A stretch of DNA of 64,000 bases, taken from Takakia lepidozioides (taxonomy: Eukaryota; Plantae; Bryophyta). Position 1 is the first letter of the stretch. Each line of letters starts with the position of its first letter. The translations under genes and the position numbers were made by a program. This document shows, in pieces, positions 14,568 through 27,650 of this stretch. The notes under the pieces were generated by a model. The model did not search any database and had not been told where the DNA came from. It was given only the letters and a program-made list of their open reading frames with translations. The DNA lies in assembly GCA_030704615.1 (NCBI GenBank), contig CM060734.1:48050001-48114000 (forward strand), read 5' to 3'.

Positions 14568-17489
14568 TCACCAGTATTCCCCACAAGAACAAACCCCATC
14601 TTCAAAGTGGTGGAAGCGGTTGGCATCTCGTACAACAATTGCTCGCCCACTAATCTTTGAGATGAACTTGGTGGCTGTGTGGCAGTCACCACACACCCGA
14701 AGGTTTTTGATGACACGAAGCGGCGTCCTAGGAGCTGTGCTAATCAGCCCAAAAGCAATGGCCAGCTTTTCACTATGGTGGCAAAGAGAAAATTCCTTCT
14801 GTTCCTCCTCCACATCATGCAATACAAAGCGCATGTCAGGCACATACCCTGCCTCCTTCATCTGGCCAGACAATCTTCTCAGCTCAGCATGGATTTCCTC
14901 AATTTGTGGATGCACTTTATCATCTACAACAAAGGTATGCACACTGTTGTCCACCTCAATACAGCAGCGACCTGGCTCCTTTCTAACACCTCTGACCTTC
15001 ATCATTTTTCTCACCTTCGCTGTATCATCCCACCTTCCAGCTGCGGCATAGATGTTTGATAGCAGCACATAAGTTCCAGCATCCTCTGGATCCCACTTGA
15101 GAATAGATTTTGCTGCATGTTCTGCTACCTCCACATTGTCATGAAGTCTGCAGGCACCGAGCAAGGACCCCCACACCACAGCATCTGGTTTGATTGGCAT
15201 TTTGTTGATGAAATCCTCTGCCACATCCAATTGCCCCGCACGGCCAAGAAGGTCAACCATGCAGCCAAAGTGCTCTGCCATAGGACTGAGACCATGATCT
15301 TGACTCAGGGAATCGAAGTAGTATCTGCCTTCATCCACTAGACCCACATGGCTACATACAGAGAGAACACATATAAAGGTGATACTATTTGGCTTCAAGC
15401 CTTCCTTTTGCATTCCTTCAAATAGTTGCAGGGCCTCCCTATGACAACCATGCTGGGCATATCCTGCTATCATTGCGTTCCAAGACACCACATTCCGTTC
15501 ACCCATATTGTCGAACACACTCTTGGCATCTTGGATGCTCCCACATTTCGCATACATGTCCACAAGGGCAGTGCCCAGAATGACATCTGGTACAATTCCA
15601 GCTTTCATGGTGTCATCATGGATTTCTTTGCCCTTTTCCAGGGCTGCTAGGCTGGCACATGCTTTGCAAACACAAATAAATGTGACCTGGTTGGGCTTCA
15701 CCCCTTCCCGTCTCATTTGCTCATAGGTCTCCAAAGCATCCATCCCACAACCATGCTGGGCACATCCTGCGATCATTGCACTCCATGACACCACATCTCG
15801 TTTAGCCATATTGTTGAACACTCCCTTTGCATCTGTAATGCTCCCGCATTTGGCATACATGTTGACAAGGGCAGTTTCCAGAATGATGTTTGGTACCATT
15901 CCAGCTTTAATGATACTACCATGGACCTCTTTGCCCCTTTCCAGGGCAGCCAGGCTGGCACAGGCATTGCAAATGCAAACAAACGTGATCTGGTTGGGCT
16001 TTACCCCTTCCTGCATCATTTGCTCATAGGCCTCCAAAGCCTCCATCCCACACCCATGCTGGGCATACCCTGCGATGAATGCGTTCCATGAGACCACATT
16101 TCGTTCAGCCATAGTGTCGAACACTCCCTTTGCATCCTTGATGCTCCCACATTTTGCATACATGTCCACAAGGGCAGTTCCAAGAATGAACTCTGGTTCA
16201 ATTCCAGCTTTTATGATATCAGAATGGATCTCTTTGCCCTTTTCCAGGGCTGTTAGGCTGGCACATGCATTGCAAACGCAAACGAACGTGACCTGGTTGG
16301 GCTTCACCCCTTCCTGCAACATCTGCTCATATGTCTCCAAAGCTTCCATTCCACATCCATGCTGGGCATATCCTGCAATCATTGCATTCCATGACACCAC
16401 ATTTCGTTCAGCCATTTTGTCAAACACACCCTTTGCATCCTTGATGCTCCCACATTTGGCATACATGTCCACGAGTGCAGTGTCTAAGATGATATTTGGC
16501 ACAATTCCAGCTTTCAAAATGTCAGCATGGACCTCTTTACCCTTTCCCAGGGCTGCCAGGCCAGCACAGGCATTGCACACACAAATGAATGTGACCTGGT
16601 TGGGCGTCAACCCTTCCCTCATCATTTGCTCATAGGTCTCCAAAGCCTCCATCCCCGACCCGTGCTGGGCATATCCTGCGATCATCGCATTCCATGACAC
16701 CGCATCTCGTTCAGCCATGTTGTTGAACACTCCCTTTGCATCCTTAGTGCTCCCACATTTGGCATACATGTCCACAAGGGTATTGTTGAGAACGATATTT
16801 GGCACAATTCCAGCTTTGATGATGTCAGCATGGACCTCTTTGCCCTTTTCCAGGGCTCCCAGGCTGGCACACGCATTGCAAGCACAAATGAACGTGACCT
16901 GGTCAGGTTTCACCCCTTCCTGTATCATATGTGCGTAAGTGTCCAAGGCATTCCTACCACACCCATGCTTGGTGAATCCTCCCATCATTATAGTCCATGA
17001 AAACATATTTCGTTCTGGCATTTTGTCAAACACTCTGCGTGCATCTAAGATGCTCCCGCACTTGACATACATGTTGACAAGGGTGTTGTGTAGAAACATA
17101 GTTGGCTTAAATCCACTTTGGATGATGTGGGTGTGCACCTGCTTGCCCACTGCGAGGCCCTTCATCTTGGTGCACTTATGAAGGAGAGAGACATAAGTAT
17201 TCAAGTCTGCCGATATGCCTCCTTGGTTCAAAATGTGCAGAGCCTCTTTTAGCTGTCCTCCCTCACATAGTTTCCGAACATGCCAGTAAGTGCCAGAGAT
17301 CTTGTAGACTCCCTCTCTTGCTCCTTGTTCGGAAGTGGTACCCATGGTGGAGGTGCCTGATTTTATCAGCTGTGCTGCTGCTGCTTCCAGTTGACCATCT
17401 AACTTTGCAGATTTCTTGTAGGTATTAATCCACAGTGCCTCACTCTTGTGCTTGCAATCTGGTCGCATTGGATGGATCTGCACGTGCAT
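14568..17489 (-). CDS. PLS-class PPR protein with E and DYW cytidine-deaminase domain (organellar C-to-U RNA editing factor)
   Basis: Intronless 973-aa ORF with six PLS triplets at an exact 303-bp period, E motifs, HSEKLA, CGDCH and a terminal DGVCSCGEYW. The true start codon is uncertain. Confidence 0.97.
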   Translation of the reverse strand: MHVQIHPMRPDCKHKSEALWINTYKKSAKLDGQLEAAAAQLIKSGTSTMGTTSEQGAREGVYKISGTYWHVRKLCEGGQLKEALHILNQGGISADLNTYVSLLHKCTKMKGLAVGKQVHTHIIQSGFKPTMFLHNTLVNMYVKCGSILDARRVFDKMPERNMFSWTIMMGGFTKHGCGRNALDTYAHMIQEGVKPDQVTFICACNACASLGALEKGKEVHADIIKAGIVPNIVLNNTLVDMYAKCGSTKDAKGVFNNMAERDAVSWNAMIAGYAQHGSGMEALETYEQMMREGLTPNQVTFICVCNACAGLAALGKGKEVHADILKAGIVPNIILDTALVDMYAKCGSIKDAKGVFDKMAERNVVSWNAMIAGYAQHGCGMEALETYEQMLQEGVKPNQVTFVCVCNACASLTALEKGKEIHSDIIKAGIEPEFILGTALVDMYAKCGSIKDAKGVFDTMAERNVVSWNAFIAGYAQHGCGMEALEAYEQMMQEGVKPNQITFVCICNACASLAALERGKEVHGSIIKAGMVPNIILETALVNMYAKCGSITDAKGVFNNMAKRDVVSWSAMIAGCAQHGCGMDALETYEQMRREGVKPNQVTFICVCKACASLAALEKGKEIHDDTMKAGIVPDVILGTALVDMYAKCGSIQDAKSVFDNMGERNVVSWNAMIAGYAQHGCHREALQLFEGMQKEGLKPNSITFICVLSVCSHVGLVDEGRYYFDSLSQDHGLSPMAEHFGCMVDLLGRAGQLDVAEDFINKMPIKPDAVVWGSLLGACRLHDNVEVAEHAAKSILKWDPEDAGTYVLLSNIYAAAGRWDDTAKVRKMMKVRGVRKEPGRCCIEVDNSVHTFVVDDKVHPQIEEIHAELRRLSGQMKEAGYVPDMRFVLHDVEEEQKEFSLCHHSEKLAIAFGLISTAPRTPLRVIKNLRVCGDCHTATKFISKISGRAIVVRDANRFHHFEDGVCSCGEYW

Positions 17490-18299
17490 TCTATCCCTGC
17501 CTCAACAGCTGTGATGCATAGATCCTGCCCCTTGACACTAGTAACTGGGAATGAAAACCCAGAATTCACTCAGCAAACACCCCATCTCTACTTACCAAAC
17601 ACTAGTTTCTATGCTGAATTGCTAACAAGACTTCAGTAACATAACAGGGGTTCACCATTTTGCTTCTATTGTCAGACCATTGACTCGGGTTTGAAAAATA
17701 TTCCTTCCAAAGCTTCTTCTCGTTTCTATTTTCGGGTTTTGCGCATTGGCCTGCAACCCCACTGGAAATAACATGTCAAAAAAAGTCAGAACCACATAGA
17801 TGCACTCCATGAGCTACCTTACTGATGAAAAAGCAGGGACAAATCTAGTAAGAGGACAAGAGAGCCTAAATATGTTCTCACCACATTGTCCTTGACCTTG
17901 TGTCATGGCAGCAGCTAGCTTTTCTTTCACCCAAGGAGGATTCAACCAACCCTCAATCCGAAGGACCTCTTGTGTGCGCTGCTTATATCTGTAGTCCAGT
18001 AAGCTTGGATTGGTCTGTGAAAAACCACTAGGTGTAGCTGAGCAGCTAGAGTTTTTAATCACAGCTTCCTACTACCAAGCACAACCATCAACCCTCCAAA
18101 GTACCTTGCAAACTACAAGGAAAAAACCTTGAACAACCTACTCTCATGCCCTGGTGTACAATAGCGACAGTAAGAGCTCTGTTCCATAATAAACAGTGAT
18201 TCTAATTGAACCCAACAACTAGGGGTACAATCAGTCCACAAACTGCCAGAGCCAGTCCCTCCTCTCCTTCCTTGACAGACTCTTCCTCAACCCACATGA

Positions 18300-18800
18300 C
18301 AATAGCGCACCTTGTCAATGCTGTAGTCCTCCCATTGTGAAGGATCTATAAAGAAGTCCTGCCAGCGCTGTTCCATGCTCCACCGACCTACGTGCAAGAT
18401 GTACGAAAAGTTTCAAGAGGGCAGATTATAGCCCTTGTATGACCATCCTGTGGGCCTCTTGGGCCAAATTAAACAAGTTCCTGCATAAATCGACGACATT
18501 TCCAAGTTTTAAGAAAGAAGCGCAATGTTTCCAGTCATTACCTTCAATTGGCATCCCTGAAAGCTTGGGAGGCGCCATAGCTACCACATGCAAGGCACTC
18601 GGTCCTTGGCGCATTGCCAAGGGGGATGTCGCTTTCAGCTCCAGAGCCCAGAGTCTTAATCTGTTACATGATGTGAGGCCTCTCGCATGACCGAGACGAG
18701 AAGACAGGGCCTTGGGTATGGAGTCCACATCCGGAGCAAGCTGCCATCCACTCAGTGAGTGAGAATGACGCAGAAAATATTCTCCGGTACAACCCACACC
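18300..18800 (-). mobile_element. Possible heavily decayed PIF/Harbinger DDE transposase relic
   Basis: Broken frames faintly resemble the C-terminal half of DDE_Tnp_4 (GDxAYP-like segment, then R.VVE..F..LK-like segment). Many stops. Confidence 0.25.
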
Positions 18801-20140
18801 GTCCCTTTCTGACCCGATGCGAGAAACAATGGCACCGCCTTCTCAAGTCGATGGGAAAGGATCACCCAGCTTCAAGGACCACGCATGGGTGTAAACGTGT
18901 AAACCATCAGTTGCTTCTCCATTTTGCTCTTCCTTGCTCTTCTCCTCCCCTCCAAACATCAGTCTCCCGTCCCCCAAACATCCAGGCCTCCCAGCCTACC
19001 TAGCAAATGCCCTCTGTAGTATTTATATGTTTGGTCGGCCGCACAAACAACATACGTATTAAAAATGTGGTATCATGAGATAAGCATCAGAATTCCGATA
19101 GTCCCTTGTGACTTGCTTATAAGTCATTCGGAAAGGCTACTGCGGCCGTCCAAACGTCCAAACCTCCCCCAACCTACGTATGAGAGCTTTGCGAGAGGTG
19201 GACGACAGCCATGAGACTTTTGCCACTCAACCTTGTCTTCCCAAGGTGCTATATTCAGCTTTGGATTGTAAACTATAAAAAGGTAGTGCAGGCCTGGCTT
19301 ACAAGCTTTTTTGGGATGTACGTTGGTTGACATCCCGTCCGTCATGCTGGTGGCTGTCTTGTGTTGTTCAAACAGTGTCATTTTCAAGGATTATCATCTC
19401 AGATATTTGTTGTGAGACATCAAAGTGGCGGCAAGAGTAGCACTGTCTCCGTCGATACTCTTGGAGTAGCAACAAATGATTACTAAGACTTTGAGGTCCG
19501 AGTATCCTTTTCATGTCTCTTTTCTGGACGTGGAAACGTCCATTGGTATTTTGCATGACTGTGCTCTCACACAGCCCAGGGGTGGGCCTGGATTATGTCA
19601 GCAGTTCTCTTCCGCTATGGAGTTACTTATCTTCACAAGTACGATGGAATGCTTAAGATCATTTTTCTATGCAACTTAGGGACATGGTCGGAAAAACATT
19701 ATAATCCACAGTATAACTCCATGATTATACAAGCTGGCTGTCTGCAGCTGGAAAACAGATATGATCTTTAATACAAGGGCAGAGCCAGTTATAATCGTAG
19801 AAACTCAAGCATCCCACATATATTCCATTCATCAACGAGCTGTGACTAGATCAGCATCAACTCCCCAGCCACCTTCGAGTAGGTCCAAGCGTGACTTCTA
19901 TAGGTGCTCATCCCATTGTTGAGTTTATGAGAGGGAGCAGATCCTCAACTAATCGTCCTCATCGTAGAATGAGTCCAGCCTAAATACTAAACAGTCAATG
20001 TCACTTAATATCAAGCAACTAACAGCCATATCTATATGTACCATGCTATGTCTAATCACCACTAGTCACTGTAAAGGTTACACCTCCAATGATCGAGGCT
20101 GACATCGCTTCTATTCTCAACACCCACGACCACAGTTGCA

Positions 20141-21133
20141 TTATGCAGCAGCTGTGTGGCTGCTTACCAGGGGTGCGGATTTCCACTCACCCTCAAAGTA
20201 CTTGATGTTCTGGCGCACCCACGCCTCGATCGTCGTGGGCTTCACACCCGTGATAAGCTCGACGTCGTCAGTGATGCTGTTTATTTGGTCGTGGGCGTGC
20301 TGCAATGCCAGTATAACGAAGTGATTGTTAATGTGATCGGGGAAATGTTGTGCTTTGAGATCCGTCTGCTCCCACTCCTCAGAGGGCACATCCACGTACT
20401 CGACCTTGCGCCCCAGCGCCTTTGAGTACTCGCCGGCTACTGCGTCCATATCTTCTGATACTGGTCCGCAGAGTTCGTAGACTCTCCCGACATGTCCCAC
20501 AGGATTGGCAAATATCTCAAAGGCCACTCGCGCCAGATCGTTCGCTGCAATCGGCGACAGTTTACCTCTTTTGAATGGCAGTCTGATTTGTCCAGATTTC
20601 GAAATGGACCTCGCAGCCATGCCGTACAAGAATGGATGCTCCAGGAATACTGTCGCCCTCAAGGTAACAACCGGCAGACCAGACCAACGGAGCACCTGCT
20701 CAACCAGCCAATGATATCTTTCTTGCTTGCTCGCTGTGGATTGTTTGATGTTCATTTGAGAGACTATCAGCTGGGACATATTGACAAACACCTCGACTCC
20801 ATAGTGTTTGGCAACTGCGGCCATGTTGAGGGAAGCCTCCAAATAGTCAACCGCAACGGACAAACTGAAGTAGATGCGCCCGCATCCCTGCACAGCTCTG
20901 TGCGCGTCATCGAGATTAGTGAAATCAGCAACAACAACCTCAGCGCCCAGCTCGCTGAGCGCCTCTGACCTCGCATCCAACCTCCTCACTTGCGCACGCA
21001 CCGGCAATCCGTTGGCTCGCAACAACGCAACAAGTTTGGTTCCCACGGAGCCCACACCTCCCCCCGCCCCCGTCACCAGAATCGGCTTCTGGACCGTTGC
21101 TGCAGCCTGCCCTCCCTTGCCCTCCTGCGCCAT
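20141..21133 (-). CDS. NmrA-like / atypical SDR NAD(P)-binding protein, intronless and bacterial-like
   Basis: 330-aa ORF with the Rossmann motif ILVTGAGGGVGSVG, followed by VRAQVR, GAEVVVAD, HWLVEQVLRWSGLPVVTLR, LPF..GKLSPIAANDLARV and YELCGP, collinear with bacterial NmrA-family proteins as I recall them. Confidence 0.92.
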   Translation of the reverse strand: MAQEGKGGQAAATVQKPILVTGAGGGVGSVGTKLVALLRANGLPVRAQVRRLDARSEALSELGAEVVVADFTNLDDAHRAVQGCGRIYFSLSVAVDYLEASLNMAAVAKHYGVEVFVNMSQLIVSQMNIKQSTASKQERYHWLVEQVLRWSGLPVVTLRATVFLEHPFLYGMAARSISKSGQIRLPFKRGKLSPIAANDLARVAFEIFANPVGHVGRVYELCGPVSEDMDAVAGEYSKALGRKVEYVDVPSEEWEQTDLKAQHFPDHINNHFVILALQHAHDQINSITDDVELITGVKPTTIEAWVRQNIKYFEGEWKSAPLVSSHTAAA

Positions 21134-24100
21134 CGCACTCTCGCGTCAAGGGATTGCAAGCCCACCACAAAGTAGGTGTGCAGCGTCACAGTGCAGTCGT
21201 TGCGTTGCAGGAATGTGTGCAGGTCAGTAGTGAGTGCAGTGGTTGCGTGGCAGATGGTTGGAGGCGGTTTTATACAAACAAGTTTGCAGTGTGCTACCGT
21301 CCTCTTCCCGGGAAGGAGCCACCCCGAAACTGCAAAGGAAGCTACTGCGAGCCATATATATATATATATATATGTATGTATACGGCTCCTATATATACTA
21401 GGACAATCACAATTTCTTGTATGTATGTACATGGTAGCCAAACTGGTTTCAAGTCTCTCCTACTTCTTTTTTCTTTTTTTTCAAAAAACAATTTAACAGG
21501 GGACAGAGGCCCTGGGAAATTTTATTGCAAATTTTAAGAGGGGGATCACACACCGTAGTGAGTGAAGGGGGGATCTTTTTTCTTTTTCTTTGCAGAAAGG
21601 GGATAGAGGCCCTTAATTTCATTTGATAAAATAGGCAAGTAACAAACCAGGAAAAATAACCTGGTGGAAAGCACCATCTCTCCTACTTCAAGTTATTGTG
21701 AAGCACAAAAACCAAAACCCTTGCATCTTTGTCTCTAAATTTTAGTTGAGACTCTAGCTGGCTATGTACCGTATCTGATCACGGATTGGAAACCTACTGT
21801 GCAGGGACTTTTTTTTTTTTTTGGGCACAGCTTTTGTTGTATCATTGGTATCATGACTACTACAAATGAGGGGATTGTTAGACTCAATTTTAGACACATG
21901 CTAGTGTCTAAATCTAAGAAGTGTCTCAAACCACAACAAGCTTAATTTTCGACATTTTGGTGTTTTAAAGTGGAGTCTTCAAATTACGTCTTAAAAAGTC
22001 TAAAAACTGGTCTTATTTGAATTTGGAAAGCAAGTCTTAAGGAAGAAAAAAAACAAGTTTGAAATACAATTAATCTTGAAAATGAGTCTTAGATACTATT
22101 ATAGTTCTAGCTTGACAAAAACATGAATTAGCATTTGATTCCCAAACAATAGTGCTTCAAGTGCTTCAAGACCACCCACCAGTTGGGATTGTCAAGGTCT
22201 TTTGATAAAAAACTTTGTTGTACTTGGGAAGCAAATACAAATGGTGGATCAAGTCCACGATCATCTGGGATTGTCCAAAGAGAATTGAGCAACTTAAAGT
22301 TCCCAATGATTTCATGGCGTACTATTTTGGAACCATCAAACTTTTAGTACATTTACCGTAACATGAGTTGCAAAATGTTTTGAATCATTCCTACATATTC
22401 CAATATGGACAAAATAGGACGTGTGTCATTCGAAGTGCTTACATTGGCCTGTTAAAAAACAACCATCAAACCATGTGGAAATGTTATAAGGCATATCATG
22501 TGTGTACTGTACACTAGGATATGTTTCATTAAACTTAAAAGCAATAGTTTCGAACACTAGTTTGATAATGAGTTCTTGATCTATTTTAATATGTTGCTTA
22601 ATGGGAAGCATTCATATTCTATGAACATGATCTACATCTATATGTATGAACCACAATTGCAACGTCACCTCCTAAACCAAACCAGTAAGGTGAGCAAAAC
22701 AAAGAAAATAGGAAACTGCCTCAAGTGAAAGGCTTGTCGCTAGCAAAATGAAAAGAGCTTGAGGATGAAAGATGAACTCTTACTATAGTAAAAACAGGAC
22801 TAGAGAAGAATCAAGAAGATGTTTCTTGTATTTTTTTAAGCACATACTAGCTCTACCAAGAAAAAAACCACCACAAATCAGCCAATGAGGGGTGATTTTG
22901 GGAGGGAGGTTTTCTACACACTCTAATACCTTCAAAGAGCAGCCAACATTAAAGAAAGATCCTAGGAAACAAAATAAAATGGCAAAAGCTTAGCCTTCAT
23001 GTTGTCTCTTCCGCAACCCTGTAGAAGAAACAAGCCTAAAAGTAAAGGCTAGAACCTCACCTGATCCCATCACAAGCTCCTACACAACCAACAAGTTAGT
23101 GACCATTGTGGAATACCACGCTTTTTAAGCCCAGCCCACTTGTTATCGATGTCCACTCTTAAGACAGTTCATCTACAGGTTTAGAAGAGAATGTGGTAGC
23201 CATTTAATGAGAGAAAGCAAGCTAACACTGAGCTTCTCACACATATAAACAGTCCTAACCTTCAAACTCTCATCTTGAAAAGATGAAAGAAATTGCTAAG
23301 GCAATGCATTTCACCACAAACTGAACTCGAAAATAGAGGGGAACCTTGAAGTGTGCCATGATGTCACAAGAACGGCCTCCTTATTTGCAACACAGTCACC
23401 TCTAGAACTAGAGGAAGATGGCTGAAACAAACATTCCATTATATAGTAGAGGAAAAGAGTGGCATATCCCTTTTGTTTGACAGTAGGTGTCACTTAGGGA
23501 GGGCCAAGTGGGTAGGCCCATGTGGGGCAGCCAGTTTGCAATTATGATGAGATTATTAAGAGCCGCCTATGGTGTTTAAGGCTGACCTTTAAGAATGTCA
23601 CATGTTTGGAAATGCCTCGTTGCACAAATGGGGTAGTTAGGGCGATGATGACATCATAAATGGTCACCTGAATGAAAGGGTTTCATTCAGGTGGTCAACA
23701 TATTTGCAATCCATATTTTCAAAGAGGTAAAGCAGGTACATGATTCTTTCCATAAAGGAAAACAAACAAGGACAACTCACCAAGGATATACTTTGTGAAT
23801 GTCCTTGCATAAGAACACATCAAAGTGTAAAACAGAAAATAGTTCTTCAAGGTTTGAAGAGCTCTCAACTGAAACCCTAAACCAGCAAAGGGAGTGAGAG
23901 AGAGAGTGTGTGAATATATTTGAGGACAAGTTTTGAAGCTCAAAGATCTATGGAATCGACACAATTTAAATTTCAGATCTGCTTAATGTATGGTTGCGCC
24001 CTTTCTATCTTATAGTATCTTCTTGAATGTATTGGGGCATGTTAATGGTTGTCCTCTCTTTAATACACTTTGTCAAAAAGTATGGTGGCTACTCCAACTC

Positions 24101-26829
24101 TAAGAGTATATTATTTATATCTAAGAGTATGTTATATGGAAAAGGTGAAAGGTGTTTAATCCTACACTTCAGTACTTTATGCAATCAAAATTTGTAGATC
24201 ATTTCTTTGTATTAGAATTATGTCCATGATATGGGCTATAAGGTTGGCATTTATGGGTGTTTTCATGGCCGCAATAGGGGATGTGGTTTCATCCATAGTG
24301 GGTGAGAAAGTGGCTTTAATAGGACGCATTTCTAGGGCAAATATGGTGCATCTGGCTATGGTAGGGCCATCTATCCTACTATTTCTACTACTGCTACTAC
24401 TACTACGACGATTCTGCGACGTTTTTTGTCCCTAATTTTGATGAAAAAAACCTTTATTAAAAGTTTTTGGGACGCAATGTCGTACTTGCGTTGCATCCAA
24501 AAAAAAAAAATTGCACGATGGAAAATCATCACAATACAAACCAAGAAAAATGTTTGAATTTGTTGTTGCTACTACTACTACCACTACGATAATGTCAAAA
24601 CTTTTGGCTACTATGGTTAATACACGTTGGCAGTACATTTACAACGATTGTTTTGCGACAAGTTATTGTGACCCCAAAAGAGTTGCAACTTCATTTGAAA
24701 ATTATAAGGTTCTTGCATCTATAACCTTAACTACAACAGCTATTGTTACTACTCTATGAGTCTACGTCTAGTATTTTAGAGGTTTCAAAAATATAACTCA
24801 ATCTCAAATAGGTTATTAAATATTATAAATTTAAGGGGTCTCAAAATGAAACCTCAATAATTTACATAAATTTTGCAAACTAGTTGATTACAATATCAAG
24901 TTGTTCGTTTCCTATGTGTATAATTGATGGGATTTTTGATGTATTATTTTATTTTATATTAAATAAATGACTTGTTATTAACTATATAATTTCATAGAAT
25001 GTTGACTATTGGTAAACAAACATTATTTTGGTGTCATTTGACCTTGAAGGGCTAGTATTTTCGGATTAAAAACGGGATATACATTGTTATTGATATTATC
25101 CATATAAAATTAAACAACTTATTATGTGCATGTATGTAAATTTAGGATATAAAGAAATATTGAACCATATAAGAAGGAAGGAAGGGGAAAAAAAATGTCA
25201 AAACACCTTGAAAGGCTACTGCCTATTATTTGAAAAATAGACATCTTTAACGGCCGTAACAAGTGCAACATGGGAGGCTTTCCAATACCTTTTTTTTCTC
25301 AACAAAACTTGAGGAGCTCAATGCGTTGCCTAAATCCAATGAAGGTCTTGTCAAATTGCACGTTTGCATCAAGTTCTTACATTGTACATATTATGTTTTT
25401 GCACAAAATATAATTCCAAACAAAAGATCATTATTCAGAGATCGTCAGTAGTATTGGGGAGCAACATTTGGCCCTAGTAAAATTAAACAATCTACTATGT
25501 ATATGAAGTGCTAGTATGATGTATTGATTAATGTACAACAACTTAATGACACTATAATGTAGAGGTCTCGAGTTGAAATACGTTGATGCAAGTAGTGGTT
25601 TGTTATTTCGTTAGTTGTCATAATATGATAGATGACATCAGCATAGGAAGGGCTAGAAGGTGCCACGTGTCAGTCTCGAGATCTGTACAAAATTGTCACT
25701 TATCTATTTTTTATTTTTATTTTTTCCATTGCTATTACCATACTGCAACGATATTGCGTTGCAAAAACATTGTCACAGTAAAAATAATGGATAGCGACGA
25801 AAAAACGTCGTAAGATCGTCAAACTTGAGGTTATGGCTTTACAACCCCCAACCGTCGCAAACCAGCGACGTCTTCGCGCTGTGCGCGGATTTGGAGCTGA
25901 GGGGGGGTTGGAATCGACATTTTTGTGACGCCCGGTCAAAAAATTGCTACATGCTTACAAGTTTATACTCCGGAACCAAAGAAATGGCAATGGTAGAAAT
26001 CCTCCACGACTTTACCTTGCTACAAATGCTGATCCCTTATACAAATTTCATCCATATCGGATGAAATCTGTATATGATTCATTCCTAGTGGGTGAATTTT
26101 GGTCTTGAGATTTATCCCTAATGATGTAACCCGTGGTTTTTCATCCCTGGTGGATTACATCCATCCTGGATGTAACCCCTCAGGGATGTCACTCCTTATA
26201 TCTTTTAGGTATCACGTGCGAAAAAAGGTATTTTATAGGGGGGTATTATTTTAATTTTGGTCTTTATCGGCTTTCCTATATTTACATAAATCTGTAAATT
26301 GCTATATTTTTTTGGCAGGCTATATTAATTATAATGTACTGCTGCTAGCAAATTTTAAGCACGCTTATTAAAAATAAAATAATAAAAATATTTTTTTCCA
26401 ATAAAAAAATTATTACTTGGTCGAAACAAATTCGTCCAAAAATTGGGCATCAATAGCATTCAAGCTATAAACATTCTGAGCTTTCTCAAAAGTCATAGTA
26501 ATCGAACTAATAATTGACTCTATGTCATGCCCGCCGCGATATCGCGGGATCAAATCTCTTTGTGTCGTTTTTTTCTCCGTCTCATGCAGTAAGCCTTATC
26601 ATGCACTAAGCCATATCGTCCTCACTTCCCCGCTATTGTGTTGCTCGTTCTCCTCGCTGCTGCTCTCACCTCTTGTTGCGCAACTCCTCCTCGCTACTGC
26701 TCACTGTCGATAACTCCGACCAGGCTAAGTCTGTCAGGTGGCAATGTGAAGAAGTTTGTCCATCCTGCAAATGTCTCTTAGCTCCTGTTGGTATTCTTCC
26801 TGATGTTTCACTACAACGGATCGCGGTAT

Positions 26830-27650
26830 TTATGACTGTATATATAACTATTCTGCAGTCATAAACGGTACATATGACTTCTATGACTGCAAGTCGTGCC
26901 AACCAAGTGAATACAATGAGTACAGGATGGTACGGTCCTGATGACTACAGTCAGATGAACCAAGTGATATCTTTCACTGCAGTCATATATACCATATTGC
27001 AGTCGCCGCTGCCGCGCCACGTGGCGAGGCGCAATTGATTAATTTTATTTTATTTTTAAACTAGAAAAAATAAAAACATATGTCAGACGCTGCGTCGCAC
27101 CGCATTGTGCCATGTGGCATAATGTATTTTATAATAATGAAAAAACCACGTGGCAGCCCATCTACGGTACCACGTGCTATCCCTAGCTCGCCTACTAACC
27201 CTAGGACCATCTTATCCATTTGAGTGTACTTAGAGGAGTTTGATCCTGCAACGTCTTTACTATAAGAGTTATAGTTCACTACCTGCTAATCAATACACCC
27301 ATTAGTCATTCATGTGATCATATGGTGTTTTAATTGTATTATACACACCAAATTACAAAATCCCAGTAGTCATCATGACTATGTAACCTCATCCATGTAC
27401 ACTGTAGTCATGGAAATGACTATGAATGGTGAGCTAAATCTGGTCAATTGTCGTTGACCAGTTTTCCGTCCATTCTGGAGCCATGTAGTCATACAGACGA
27501 CTACTTAGATAGTCGTTCATATGACTACAGTCGTATGAACGATTGCGGGAGGTCAATTTCATATAAAAACATGGCACAGTCATGGTCAAAGTCAAGAAAA
27601 CCATGACTACCACGGTTTGGCAGTCATAACTACCACAATCTGTTGTAGTG
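26830..27650. mobile_element. CACTA (En/Spm) element end with subterminal repeats
   Basis: TTGTAGTG (reverse complement CACTACAA) at 27643-27650, preceded by many short ATGACTAC/GTAGTCAT/GCAGTCAT motifs in both orientations. Confidence 0.55.

Noticed and set aside
14521-17181. Plus-strand ORFs overlapping the PPR gene (and 20156-21230 over NmrA)
   Set aside because: These are antisense shadows of real coding sequence.
22650-23500. Possible LINE ORF1/endonuclease relic
   Set aside because: Too degenerate, with no intact diagnostic motif.
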